The translations under genes were made by a program, and so were the position numbers. Below, piece after piece: positions 35,101 through 47,400 of a stretch of 64,000 nt of DNA. The stretch's first letter is position 1; each line of letters opens with the position of its first letter. The notes under the pieces are model-generated. The model was not told the origin of the DNA. It saw only the letters and a list, made by a program, of their open reading frames with translations, and ran no database searches. Origin of the DNA: Convolutriloba macropyga (taxonomy: Eukaryota); contig NC_134478.1 of assembly GCF_964194025.1 (NCBI RefSeq), forward strand, positions 34,782,001 to 34,846,000, read 5' to 3'.

Positions 35101-37082
35101 GGGGGGGGAGAGTTATTTATTTTTCTGCTCGATCACTAACAATCAATACTTAACAGAAAAATATTAAACAAAACTTATATATCGCAAAGGAAAAAAACCA
35201 CCTAAAAAGATGACAACAATGTAGTTTTTATTTCAATGAAAACTTGTCTAAAATTTGAGTGGCAGAAAAATTTTAATTACAGTTGCCGCTAGATCAGTTA
35301 CCTACCCAATACAATTACTCGGCAGAGAAATATTAAACCACGTATAGAAATTGCAAAATACAAAAAATGAAAGAAAACGATTTATTTAATATATTTCAGT
35401 GAAATCTGCCATGTCTGGTATTCAAAGGTCACTTCAAGGTAGCAACAAATACAGGATAGGGCCTATCTAAAGATTGACTGCAAAAAATACAGCATTATTT
35501 TTAAAATTAGAAAAATTAGGCGCAAATTTTCCGAACTCCTTTATTTTAAATTCTTTTCTGTTTACAAGGCACGGTGTCTAAAGACAAGCAAAAAATATGC
35601 TTAAGATGCCTCTGAAGAGCACTCTTATAAGCTATCAAAAAGCATGTTACAGATATCTTCAGCAGCACGGCTAAGCAGACAAATCGGAGAGCACCCCAGC
35701 TATCACTTTCGCAGCTATTAACAATGAGAAGCGAATGTTTATTGTTGGCCTGGTCTTGTTTTTTTTTATTTCGTCGAGAAGTTATTTGTGGTGACCATAT
35801 AAAGTTACACTCCTCTTTTTCGGCTTTTGCAAATTAGTTTTTGTTGGCTTAGGGAATTCTACAATTTATGCTCTTGATCAAATGATTTATCGTTTACTTG
35901 CTTTCCAGCAAGTTTTTTCATGCAATGATTTTGCTTGGCGTATCTGAATTTTTGATATACTCGTTATCCTTTAATTTCTCAATTTTTTGAAATCTCAATT
36001 GTGCTCTCCTGTAGCTTTTTGGCCTGGTCTTGTTTTTTTTATTTCGTCGAGAAGTTATTTGTGGTGACCATATAAAGTTACACTCCTCTTTTTCGGCTTT
36101 TGCAAATTAGTTTTTGTTGGCTTAGGGAATTCTGCAATTTATGCTCTTGATCAAATGATTTATCGTTTACTTGCTTTCCAGCAAGTTTTTTCATGCAATG
36201 ATTTTGCTTGGCGTATCTGAATTTTTGATATACTCGTTATCCTTTAATTTCTCAATTTTTTGAAATCTCAATTGTGCTCTCCTGTAGCTTTTTGAGCGCT
36301 CATAACAGAAAGTCAGGAAAATTGCTTTTACTTCTGAAAGTGAGGAAAATTCCTGCTTTCAGTTTTTGATAAGCGATTAGAATATTGAACCAATACTACA
36401 AATACAAAGTCACACGCTAGAGATATCGACCTATGAAGATAAATTGACCACCCTCAAGTATTTTTAAATGGGAACCCAGATTTAGAACTCGACTGGTGAA
36501 AATAATTATGAACGACTCAAATCTTAGCCGGGCCCATGAAAAGGTTTTACCTCGACCTTAACTATATGTTGCTGGACCGTGTGTTTATTGAGATCTAAAA
36601 GTAGGAGGTAATCTAGACTTGGATTGTTGCAGCATTGAAAAAGCTAATTTGCATTCACCTGGAATATCAAATGTCTGTCAGGTAAGGATCTATTCTATAT
36701 CGCAAACAATAACAATTCCAATTTTTAAGTTTTTGAATTTTTTAGCATGAGCTCTACTGCAAGTAACAGATCATCACGTGACCGACTGTCTTCTTCTAGA
36801 CGAACACCCACTTACGAGGAAATCGAAGAACCTGCCACACTTCCTCAAACTCAAATACCAGCTGCCCTTTCATCGGCTCCTCCCCCACCCCGCAGAGACA
36901 TCCAACAAGACAAACAACCCAAATTGATGAATCAATACTTAGTTGGGTTTCTTTTGGGTTTGATAGTGGCTGGCTTTGTGAGATACGTGATTTCGCCCGC
37001 ATTTTCTGCTGCTTTTACGTCCCTCGGGAGTAAATCTGACCCTGATGAAGCAGTACAGGAGGAAAAACCAGCCGGATTGTAG
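30331..37082 (+). CDS. Uncharacterised 902-aa low-complexity protein with a C-terminal transmembrane helix; join(30331..32184,32699..33012,33556..33759,36746..37082)
   Basis: Four GT-AG exons with compatible phases (0,2,2), 2709 nt including stop. Acidic Ser/Pro-rich N-part, basic Ser/Arg-rich middle, hydrophobic YLVGFLLGLIVAGFV near the C-terminus. An acceptor TTTTTTCAG at 30275 precedes the ATG. Confidence 0.85.
32699..33012 (+). CDS. Tail-anchored protein coding exon 2
   Basis: AAG| acceptor (weak pyrimidine tract), donor AAG|GTAGAA; VKREVTQRS...SSRIP. Confidence 0.8.
33556..33759 (+). CDS. Tail-anchored protein coding exon 3
   Basis: CTGTAG| acceptor, |GTAAGT donor; YVGRSSRTVSES...RNNKD. 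Confidence 0.85.
34350..34580. repeat. Degenerate ~32-bp repeats with GTCGGTTT cores, probably subterminal repeats of an old DNA transposon
   Basis: aagaaccgtcggtttttgtcggctt / aagaactgtcggttatagtcggttt / acgaagcgtgggcttttgtcagtt / aagaagtgtcggttt. Similar cores recur at ~35040 and 38850-39550. Confidence 0.5.
35747..36293. repeat. Near-perfect tandem duplication (274 + 273 bp) in intron 3 of the tail-anchored protein gene
   Basis: GGCCTGGTCTTG...CCTGTAGCTTTTT at 35747-36020 and 36021-36293; one substitution and one poly-T length difference seen. Confidence 0.95.
36746..37082 (+). CDS. Tail-anchored protein last coding exon (transmembrane helix)
   Basis: TTTTTTAG| acceptor, phase-compatible; ends ...EEKPAGL*. 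Confidence 0.85.
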
Positions 37083-37891
37083 CGACTGTCTTTTTGATAA
37101 ATGACTAAAACTTAGTCAAAATTTATCCATGTTTATATGATGACGTACAGATTGCGTTACTCTGATGAAGTCACTGAGAAAATCTGTTATTCGTCGAGAA
37201 CTGCGTAGAAGTTTGAGATTCAAGCCAGAATTTCGAAGTGACTTAGGCTGAGTCACGTAACATGGCTTGATACACGCACTTGGCAAGTTTCAAAATGATG
37301 AAAGTTAACTGTAAATTAGATTGGAGAATCTGGCATTCTAGAACCTAGCACTGCAGAGATCTGGCATTTTGAAACTTGCACGTTTATTAGAAAGTTTATT
37401 GCAAATTATTTCAAATTTTAATACAATACAGTAATTAAGTTAATACAAGCAACTTTTGACGAGTTGTGAACCGAGCGTTGTGGCCATTAAGTTTCATTGT
37501 TGTACATTTCAAACTAACTTATTTTTTGTAGTTATACCTTTAAATTGGGATGACAAAATCCCCCACCCCTAATTAAGTATGATTCTCCTGTTACCGGATT
37601 TTGTTGGATTTGAGTTCTTGAAGCAGGAAACTAAGATACTAGGAACGAAACGTAATAGCAGTTTGGCGTAAAACAAGAAAAGCGTCAATTTATTATAAGA
37701 AAATGGCTGTTAATTTCTTTCCTTTACACCCTCATTTAAGAGTCAAACGGATATCTGAATTTCACGAGGCTGAAACTCTGTTGCATTTCGCTATAGGCTC
37801 GCGGCAATGTTCATTTGTACATCTCCAACTGTCAGTTAACTTCTGATGCGATAACAACTGTGAGATAGCTTACCAATATAACAAAGTTCTT

Positions 37892-37911
37892 GGGGGGGGG
37901 GGGGGGGGGGG
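37892..37911 (+). repeat. G20 homopolymer
   Basis: Directly visible. Shorter G runs at ~11403, ~35098 and ~46712. Confidence 0.95.
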
Positions 37912-38530
37912 CTATAATGGGAAATACCCAAAATGCCCCACAGTTTCAAACATAGACCTCATACAGCTTTTAGGATCAGGCTAGGAAGTTCAGTCACCTT
38001 TTTCTCGCAATTATTGTAGTATAAAAAAGGGTGAAAAAAATTGATTTAGCTGCCCTAAATACAAAGCAGTGGTGTGAGAAACTGTATCGACATTGAACTG
38101 TTGGCAGCAGAAAGAGAATTGATTGAAAACATTGTCACATCGCTATTATAGCTCGCTAGAAATTACTCAACAAACTGCCTTTGCATAAGAGTTAAATAAA
38201 ATCTCGACAAAGATGAGTAATATAAATTTTAATTCTATCAGTGGATGCAATTTAACTTCCTACAAAGTGCATTGGTTAGAATTATATCATTTTTCTATGA
38301 AATTTATTTTTATTTCTAAAATAAAACTTTTCAGAAGAATTTATAATTGTACTTCCTGTCTAATGCTTAATAATAATAAATCTACACACGAACGCATTTT
38401 TCTTTTATGAGATTCGGGACAAAAATTAGTAGTATTTGCAGTTGCCACTAAAACGGGAAAAGTATAAAGAAGGAAGCCTAAGATTTTTGCCTAGAAGGAG
38501 GCAGTAAGGTTGTTATATTGATTGAGTCTT

Positions 38531-38586
38531 CTTGAGGCAAAGTAATTGAGGCAAAATAATTGAGTTTATTGAGGCAAAATAATTGA
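38531..38586. repeat. Short tandem repeat TTGAGGCAAA(A/G)TAA, three copies
   Basis: Directly visible. Confidence 0.8.
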
Positions 38587-40871
38587 ATTTCATCTTTTCA
38601 AGGAAGCCTCGAGAACAATGAAGTAATTTTATAATCTGTTTGTCAACAAGAGACGTAGATCCATGCTTCTGGTTAAAAAAATGATTGTGACGTCATTAAA
38701 CAGAACCCGTTTATGACGAAATAGTCCAGCCAAGGTTTGACGCTTTCCCTAATTGAGAAGACCAAAAACCGAAAAAAAATTGTAACAAACTTTTGGTATA
38801 TTCGGTTTCAAAAGTAAGAAAGCTTCAGTTTGTTTGGTTTGTTTGGCATTGTCAGTTTCGAACGTGAGAAAATTTGGTAGGGTGTTTTTTGGACGCAAGA
38901 CAGATCGTCGGTATGTCCAGTTAGGGACGTAAGAAATTGTCGATTTATTCAAAAACAAAAAAAATGTCTTCAAATAATGCAGTCAAACGTTGTGATATGT
39001 TTTTTTTCAAGAATTTCAAACGCTCTTCTTAGAAAAATTTCCGAAAAATTGTGCAAACTCGTTGAAATTTTTTTTAGCTCATTCACAAAATTAATTAAAC
39101 GAGTATAAATTTCCTGATTATTTTTTAAACCTGAAATGTAATATGCATGCTGATAATTGATGAGATCTTCTGTTGATTAACTGGCGTTCACCAAGTTCGT
39201 ACATTTTTTCTTGTAGTTTGAAAGCAAAGCCTTTGACGGTTGATTCCGTTTCAAAACGCCGAAAGCTGATCGATTTTATTGTTCGGTCTGCTGGACTAAT
39301 CTTCTTTTCAGACCCTGTTCAAAAAATTGTGGTGTTTCTTTAACCAATAACAAATCTTGCTTGTCTAGAAACAACGATATCGAATCTCTCTTACATTTGA
39401 AAACGACGATAACAAATCTTTCTTATGTTAAGTACCAAACAAAAACTACGATACCGACGACAAAATCACAAAAATTTTTGTCGTTTAAAGCTAGAAAAAA
39501 AAACGACGAAACCGACGCTTTCTTATATTCAAAAACCGAAAAAGTCTCATCTAGATGTAGTTTCAGATGCGTTTGTTAAACAGAAAGGTGTTTATATGAT
39601 TAGTTTTTAATGATTATGTGCAGTAATCCCATAATTCTCACTGAAATGTTTTATTACTTTAACAGCAGTAGAAAACATCTTCAAAATCGAAATTTGACGT
39701 CTTTGCTGAGAAACCTTTCAAAAAGTTGTTTTCAAAATCTAGAATGAATATGAAAGCCATTGGAATGAAATGAGTTAGCGTTCTCCGACAAAATCAAAAA
39801 ACTTTCTACTAATTGTTAATGGTGGTTAGCTCGCAGTTTTTCGTTTCAATTTTTGCAGTTAGTTTCAATTTTTGCATATCAGAAGTCTTACTTCATGTAA
39901 AGAAAATTTTCATGTTAGCGGGTAACAATCCTTATTTTTTAAGAGTACGGACTGAAAAAGTAATACTCTTAATTTTCTTTACAAATACTTACAGGGTCTT
40001 AACCACAGCAGCATTTAGAGAGATAGAGAGAGAGAGAAGAAGGGAGAGGGTGAGACGTGATAGTAGATTTTAACTAGCCGTTCATTTTAAATATTTGATT
40101 AAAAGATTTAGTTAAAAAGTGACCAGTAATTGATTGCAAAGGAACGTGGGTGCGAATCATGATGTCCTATGTTCGTTAGTTCACCGCATAATTACTTTTC
40201 CATAATAGTTAAAAAAATAAATCCTGACGTCTAACATACACGTCTAAGTTCTCATTTTAGCATAAAGTGTTTCATAAGATATTTGAAGTCTAGTAGGTGC
40301 CAGATAATTTGACATCAAATTTCATTTTTGATAATTCTCAAACAGTTACCCAACTTAGATCTAAAATCTGTAGAGCAATTGTTGAAAAACTCATGAGCAA
40401 TCTATCTTGCTTACCGTTTAATTCTTCAAGCAGAAGGATTCAGGTTCTTGTTAGATTATCCAGATAATTTTTTCTGGCACATTATTCATGTCGGTCTTAT
40501 TGTGAATATTACCATGTCAAAAATTTTTGAATAATTGTTGTTCTAAAAGAGCGAAACAAATTACTCCGAATAACACTTTGAACTGCGCATTCGATCACTA
40601 TTTAAAAATAAAGATTTTTTAAATTGATTCTTGTTTTTAAACCTGAAGGCAACTCAAATTCGAAAAAGCATAACTTTTTTGCTTTCATGCTTTCAAAAAT
40701 TCGATCGTTTAATTGAAATTGGAGCCACAAAAAACCTAGGATGAGTTTTAAAAACTAAATTTAAAAAGCATTAAACATGTTGAAAGTAAGCCAAATATTA
40801 GTAGGAGGAAACAATTTTTGTTGGAAAAAAATTACGAAAAAAATTTTATTAAAATTTTAAGATGCCGGCAC

Positions 40872-40948
40872 TTTTTTAAGTTTTTTAGCATAGTTTTTTA
40901 GCGTAGTTTTGAGTTTTTAGCGTAGTTAATAGTTTTATAGCGTAGTTA
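40872..40948. repeat. Short tandem repeat TTTTTAGCGTAG, about four copies
   Basis: Directly visible. Confidence 0.8.
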
Positions 40949-43900
40949 AAAGATGTTGTGAGATCTTTTTGAGACAATTTTTACAAAATCAAAACAGTTA
41001 AAATGAGAAATTTCGAACATTAAAAAAGTTTCCTTTTTCTACTTTCTTGCTTTCAAGTAAAACGATTGTTGACTTGTCATTAGAGCAACAACACGCAATA
41101 AACTGCTAAAATTTGATTCAGTCTTGATTCAAATAGCTGCAATCTTAAATTAAATTTAAGTTGCACGCAGCAGTTTCAAGAGTGACCAGGTTTCAGTAGA
41201 AATTCTTTCTTAAAAATGGCTCCTTAGAAACAGATTCCAAAAATAAATTTTTCTTTCGTTCTCAAGACCCGTCACTTTTAACAAAAAGGGTTTTTTAATT
41301 AAATTAAGTTTTTTTGAAGAATAAAGCAGATAGATTCGCCGGATTAGAAGCGCAAAAACTGTCACTTGTTTCAAAAGCAAAAAGTTTTCTCAGTTTAAGT
41401 TTGTTGTGTACAAAAGACTAGTCCTGATGAGAGCAACAAGTTGTCAAATTTTTCGAGAAAAATGCTTTTCTAAAAGACCGACATAAAATGAAACTAATGA
41501 CTACAAACTGGACTAAGCAATCAATAAATTTTTGTGAACCAAGATGCTTGCGATTGATGTCTGTTGATAACTTCAAATAAATACTTATATGATTCTGGAT
41601 TTCATGCTTTTACCTTAAACAAGCATTCACTGGATATTGATGCAAAAATACACGAACAATTAATACAGCATTTTGACTTATGCTTGATGCAAGCAGTTAA
41701 AATGATAAATTAGAGCTAAAATGCTCCAAACAAGCTAAAAATTGACCGAATTTAAAAACTATACTTATAATTCTTTTTCAAAATCGTACCCACGTAAAAA
41801 TAGTGGAAGTTTTCACGCGTTGTCCTTTTTCTATCAAATTGGGTTAACTTTGATTTTAGTTGAAGTTTTAAATTATAAATGAGGGAAAAAAATATTGCAT
41901 TGAAAGAAAAGTTTTAAGAGAATTTTCGGGCGAAAAAGAAGTTGTTGCGCCATTTTTTAGAAAGGCAGTTCAGTTCTTGGATATCTTGGACGCCTGGCAA
42001 CTCTTTGCTCTTTACTAAAAAAATATGACATGTTCGAATTTCAAATTAACGAGAGAAGCCGGGGTACTTTCTCTAAACATAACAAAAAAAGAGTCAAAAA
42101 TTACTTTGCATTTACCGGCCTTTTTTGTTCCATTTTGTAACTTTTGCTGTAATTTGATGTTAATTCATTTTCTAATTTCTCAATAACTCGGTATAGTAAA
42201 TGAAAACTGCTTCAACACAGTATTAATTGGTTCAACGCCTTCTTTAGTTGTGTAAAGAATAATAATTGATTCGAGAAAATTTTCTTGCCTAATTGTTCCG
42301 ACTCCACTTGTTAGTTTGCTATTATCAAGCCACTAATAAAATAGCGTTTTTCAGTTTACACAGATTTCAAATTAAAAAGTTACTTTAATTTCTCATTGTC
42401 TCTGTTTTTTCTCATGGTATCTTGGTCGACTTAAAGCTATACCTGCATAGTTTATTGGAATTTTTTAATTCTCTCATTTTGCTTAATAATCTGGCCGCTC
42501 CTCTTAAAACCCTCAAAACGCACGAGGAGAAGAGAAACTTTTACCATAAAATGTTTACGTTGAAGTTTCCGGGAAGTGATCATCAAGACAGCAGTTGATG
42601 AAAACTGGATTTCAGAAGCATATTACTGATTCTAATCTCTGTGATTCTTCAGAAGAAAAACATGTCTAGCCTTTTTCTGGATCATAGTAAAATTGAAATA
42701 CTAAAAATAATTTCTGCATAAATTCTATGGATGTTTTCTTAAGAATCATTTGAGACAAATATTTCACTATTATGCAGATGAATGTGTAAAATGTGTATTA
42801 TGACGACGATTTCAACTAATAATATATGAATTTTTAATCTGAGACAAAAATACCTTTGATATTAGTCACAAACTGGTGGGTTTGTTGTACATGAACTCTC
42901 CCCACTACCAATTATTTTCCACGGCGACGGAGAGATTTCATTACAACCAAACCTTCATAGTTTATGTTCAATCCAAACCAGCTGGAAATATAGCATTTAA
43001 GTTGGGAAATAAATCTGACATGGGGAAAAATTAAACCTACTCAACAACTCTTAACCAAACTTTGCTATACAATTGTACATTTATTCACGTTTGAGCAGAA
43101 ATTTGCTCAAAGTAGGAAGTTTCTAGTCGTCTGAAAGATCGGGTATGCGTGTATATACTCTTATCTAACCAACATTTAGTTATTCAGAATATAAATTCTG
43201 GGTTTTATGGTAACTAAACCGGGTTTCAATTTTAATGTGATTTTGAAAACCCGCATAATCTCGCGCTAGCTAACGGAGCAAAGGAATGTTTACCAAAATT
43301 GTTATAACTAAAGTTATTACAAGCTTCAGGCATGGCAAAATTCTTAAGAAAGTTTTGCCGAAAACTTGCAAAAGGTTAGGAGGTTATCTGTTAAATTTGT
43401 TCCCACTTTCTTTACGATTTCAAATCTTTGCTTAATATTTAACACAAGTATAAGTAGGTAGAAATGAATGAAGTTTGCATAAGATTGTACAATTTTGAGA
43501 GGAAAGCTTAGCCGGCTGGTTTTATAGTTGGGCGTACTGTTTCGCCGCTATACGTGGGTTTAGGGAGCTGGGAAAACTTTCTGTCAAACTAATGGAAAAT
43601 AATGTGGAATATAACTGAGTCAAACGGGTAATACGGTTTCAGCCTATGGGGGAACTTTGGGGTTTTCCTGTCCGTAGTTTGTTATAACCAGCTAGTTATA
43701 ACTGAAGTGGCCATTATCTGTTCTCGGCATTTGGGGACTTAGTGCGTTTGTGTCTAACTTGACTCCAGCAATCCGCCTTTCTTCGTGAACTACCGTTTCT
43801 TCTCTTTCTGTCACGTTAGTTCTTTCTCTTTTCATACACTAGATTTATTTTACCCATTTTAGTCCTGTCTTTTTATACGCACCAACCCTCCTCCTGTTTG

Positions 43901-44356
43901 CCCAACTGGGTTATTTTAATTTGTAAATTTTGCTCTGCGTAGGATTTGTAATTTAAAAATTTAATTAACTAAAAGCCATTTCCAAGCGCCCTGTTTCCTT
44001 TTAATACTCAGGTTTGACGTTTTAGCGCTAGCGGATTTTGTGATTTTTTTCTGGCATATACTAATTTTTCGATTAACTTTCTACTGCTATTGTGAACTAA
44101 ACAGATCTTGTGTTCTTTCTTTAATTTGATAATATTCACCCATCTATCAACCTATCAATTTGATATTCTTCATAAAAAACTCGGACCTCATTTTTTGTTA
44201 CATTTTATACGATTGTAACTGATGCACAACCTTTGTTTTCGTCAGAAATTTCTAAATTTTTTCCCCAACGAACAAAATTTTTTTTATGTTTATTGATTGA
44301 TTAAATTTTGTTGGTTTAGGTGTGAATAACAGTAACAGTAACAACAACTAGCAGCA

Positions 44357-44470
44357 ATGGAGGCAATTAAGAAGAAGTTGATGGCCCTGAAGAACGAGTG
44401 CGACAATGCACTTGATGAGGCAGAACAGGCCAAGGAGCTCCAGAAGAATGCAGAGGACAAAGTAGCCAAG
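44357..44470 (+). CDS. TPM: Tropomyosin exon 1 (aa 1-38)
   Basis: 114 nt, donor AAG|GTCAGT; upstream acceptor TTTAG| at 44319. Confidence 0.95.
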
Positions 44471-47400
44471 GTCAGTATAGTCACTTCAATTACTAACACA
44501 CAACATCAAAACATGACAATATGGGNNNNNNNNNNNNNNNNNNNNNNNNNNNNNNNNNNNNNNNNNNNNNNNNNNNNNNNNNNNNNNNNNNNNNNNNNNN
44601 NNNNNNNNNNNNNNNNNNNNNNNNNNNNNNNNNNNNNNNNNNNNNNNNNNNNNNNNNNNNNNNNNNNNNNNNNNNNNNNNNNNNNNNNNNNNNNNNNNNN
44701 NNNNNNNNNNNNNNNNNNNNNNNNNNNNNNNNNNNNNNNNNNNNNNNNNNNNNNNNNNNNNNNNNNNNNNNNNNNNNNNNNNNNNNNNNNNNNNNNNNNN
44801 NNNNNNNNNNNNNNNNNNNNNNNNNNNNNNNNNNNNNNNNNNNNNNNNNNNNNNNNNNNNNNNNNNNNNNNNNNNNNNNNNNNNNNNNNNNNNNNNNNNN
44901 NNNNNNNNNNNNNNNNCACACGCACTCACATCACTCATACATTCATACACGCACTCACAAATACACACCACACATGTACACGCATGTGCATCATACATAC
45001 TTACTTGATGCGCTCTTTTTAAAAAAAATTAAACAATTCATCAGATTTAGAAAATATTAATTTTTATTTCGAGAAACGAGAAATTTCATATTTCTGAAAA
45101 TTGAAACCATTTTTATTTACTAAGGTTAATTCGATACACTGAAGAAATTAAAGTTAAAAACTGATTTCAAAACTTTACGAGCAAAACTTTAAAATTTTTA
45201 ATAATTAATGAGATAAAAGTAATATTTAATTTGTGGCAAAGAAGCTATCCATCAATATCTTTCCAACAGCCAAATTTGTCATTATTTATTTTTCGTTGCG
45301 CCTTTTGAAATTTTGAGGAGATACTTACTAGTGATTTTTTACCTGTATTTTTGCACTTATAGAATGAGATAATCAGTTTTGGTGGGAAGTCACTGGAAAG
45401 CGATTCCTAAAAAATTCATAGGATCAACTTTTTCAAAACAAAGACGACTCAAAATTGTCTTGCTCACAGTTACAACACACAGAAGGAATAATAATCTACT
45501 TTTATCAAGTTATTGCTACTTTTCCATTCTGAAGGCAAATGACCTGTAAAACACTATCATGCTTTAATTCAAAAGTTGGCCAAAAATTGAGTTCATGAAA
45601 AAAAAGTTTTATTTGAGCCAAAACTTTTGGATAAATTGCAGTATTACAATGAATAAATTTTTATTAAAACGGAAAAAAGGATTCAAAATACCATTTACTA
45701 TTTACGCCTGTTAAATATCTAAAAGCCACATAATAACTAGCAAAATCAAAGCATTCAAGAAAAATGTAGTTAGTGAATTCAGTCTATAATAATGCTGATG
45801 ACTTCAAAAGAGTTGATTCAGTTCATTGATTTTTGTGTTTTTAAAGTAGAATATCATATTGGTTGTAAAATTATGGAAAAAAAAATCTTGTAACAATTTA
45901 TTTAGCCTGGTAAAAAAACTTTCACTTGAACAGGGATACTGTTATTCAACAATCACAAAAAAATTGAGAGCTGAAGAGAATCATCAGTCNNNNNNNNNNN
46001 NNNNNNNNNNNNNNNNNNNNNNNNNNNNNNNNNNNNNNNNNNNNNNNNNNNNNNNNNNNNNNNNNNNNNNNNNNNNNNNNNNNNNNNNNNNNNNNNNNNN
46101 NNNNNNNNNNNNNNNNNNNNNNNNNNNNGAGTTACAACTGGATACAATCTGCAGCTCTTATATAGTTAACCTGGTCTATTAGAATAACAGCAACATAATG
46201 ATAATCATTATAGTTGGAAGAGGAGCTCTCGGAGGCTCACAAGGCGGCCAAGCAGGTGGAGGATGAGCTGGACAAAGTGCAGGAGCAGCTGGACAAGGCG
46301 AACCATGAGCTGGATGATGCCAACAAGGAGAAGGCTGCAAGTGAGGCGGAGAGTGCTGCTTATGCGAGGAGACTGCAGCTGGCGGAGGAGGAGTTGGACA
46401 GGACGACAGAGAGACTCAACACCACCACTGAGAAACTGGAGGTGTCCGAGAAAAGGGCTGATGAACTAGAACGGTTAGGGAGAGAAAATTGTGTGTACAC
46501 TTCATTTGATACTTTCATATGAGCCAGTTCATGTTCTTTCACTTTCAAGTTCTTATTGCTTTTTTATCGTAGCAAAGTGCGATGCGAGCAACTTATAACG
46601 TTCTATTCGACTAAACATGTCTGATAGAAAAAAAAACAGTCGAAAATCTGATGAAATGAACTAGAATCGGGGTGTGGTTATAGAAGGATGGAATTATCGA
46701 TTTGAAATGGCGGGGGGGGGAGTTAATAGGGTAAGGCGTGACACCGACATTATCTGATGTCAGATGCTTTTTAATGTCAGCAAGGTACTTTTTATCTAAT
46801 GTCAGAGTTCAGTTCTTGGGAAACTGGCTCTTTCAGATGAAACATGGACACCCAGTGAGTGTAATGATGAATGGGCTATAATTTAGAGAGAGAAAGGTGC
46901 TGGAGAACAAGGCAATGGACGATGATGACAAGATTGAGTTGCTGGAGATGCAGCTGAAGGAGGCACAACTCATCTCAGAAGAGATGGACAAGAAGTTCGA
47001 TGCTGTCTCCCGAACACTAGTCGTAGTTGAGGGAAACCTCGAGAGGGCCGAGGAGAGGGCAGAGAGCGGAGAATCGTAAGTCACATTCCACCATTCCACT
47101 ATTCCGCCTATTTTCAACTATTCCATTCTTTTCCATCTTGACAATCTTTCTATTATTTATCCTGACTGAGAAAATAGAATTTATGGATATATCATAGCCT
47201 CTGGAAGTCTCTGTTTAAACCAATATTATCTTGTGGTTAAAATTGTCTTGGAACTCTCAAAGCTAAACATAGATTTAAAGAAGACTAAATTCCAATTTCA
47301 AGATAAATCAATCATCTCTCTGCTTCAATTCATCGCTTAAGCTTTCTGCTTCCATCTTTTCGTGCAAAATTAGATCTATAATAATGATAAAGAAATTCGG

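Noticed and set aside
36936-37082. KASH domain
   Set aside because: Tail length fits, but it ends KPAGL rather than PPPX and lacks the conserved aromatic residue near the end.
40130-42800. Decayed DNA-transposon coding region (similar impression at 52300-53300 and 55700-56600)
   Set aside because: Only compositional hints and short inverted repeats; no termini or motifs I can support without BLASTX.
43200-43720. pogo/Tigger-like MITE (GTTATAAC repeats)
   Set aside because: Subterminal-like motifs are present but paired TIRs and a TSD could not be defined.
44357-46182. Long ORFs containing X runs
   Set aside because: Artefacts of N gaps; only 44357-44470 is coding.
47081-47136. Dscam-style docking site pairing with selectors upstream of 4a and 4b
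   Set aside because: Only short, imperfect complementarity to GTGGGTGTGAAT and TGAATGG near 4b, and none convincing near 4a.
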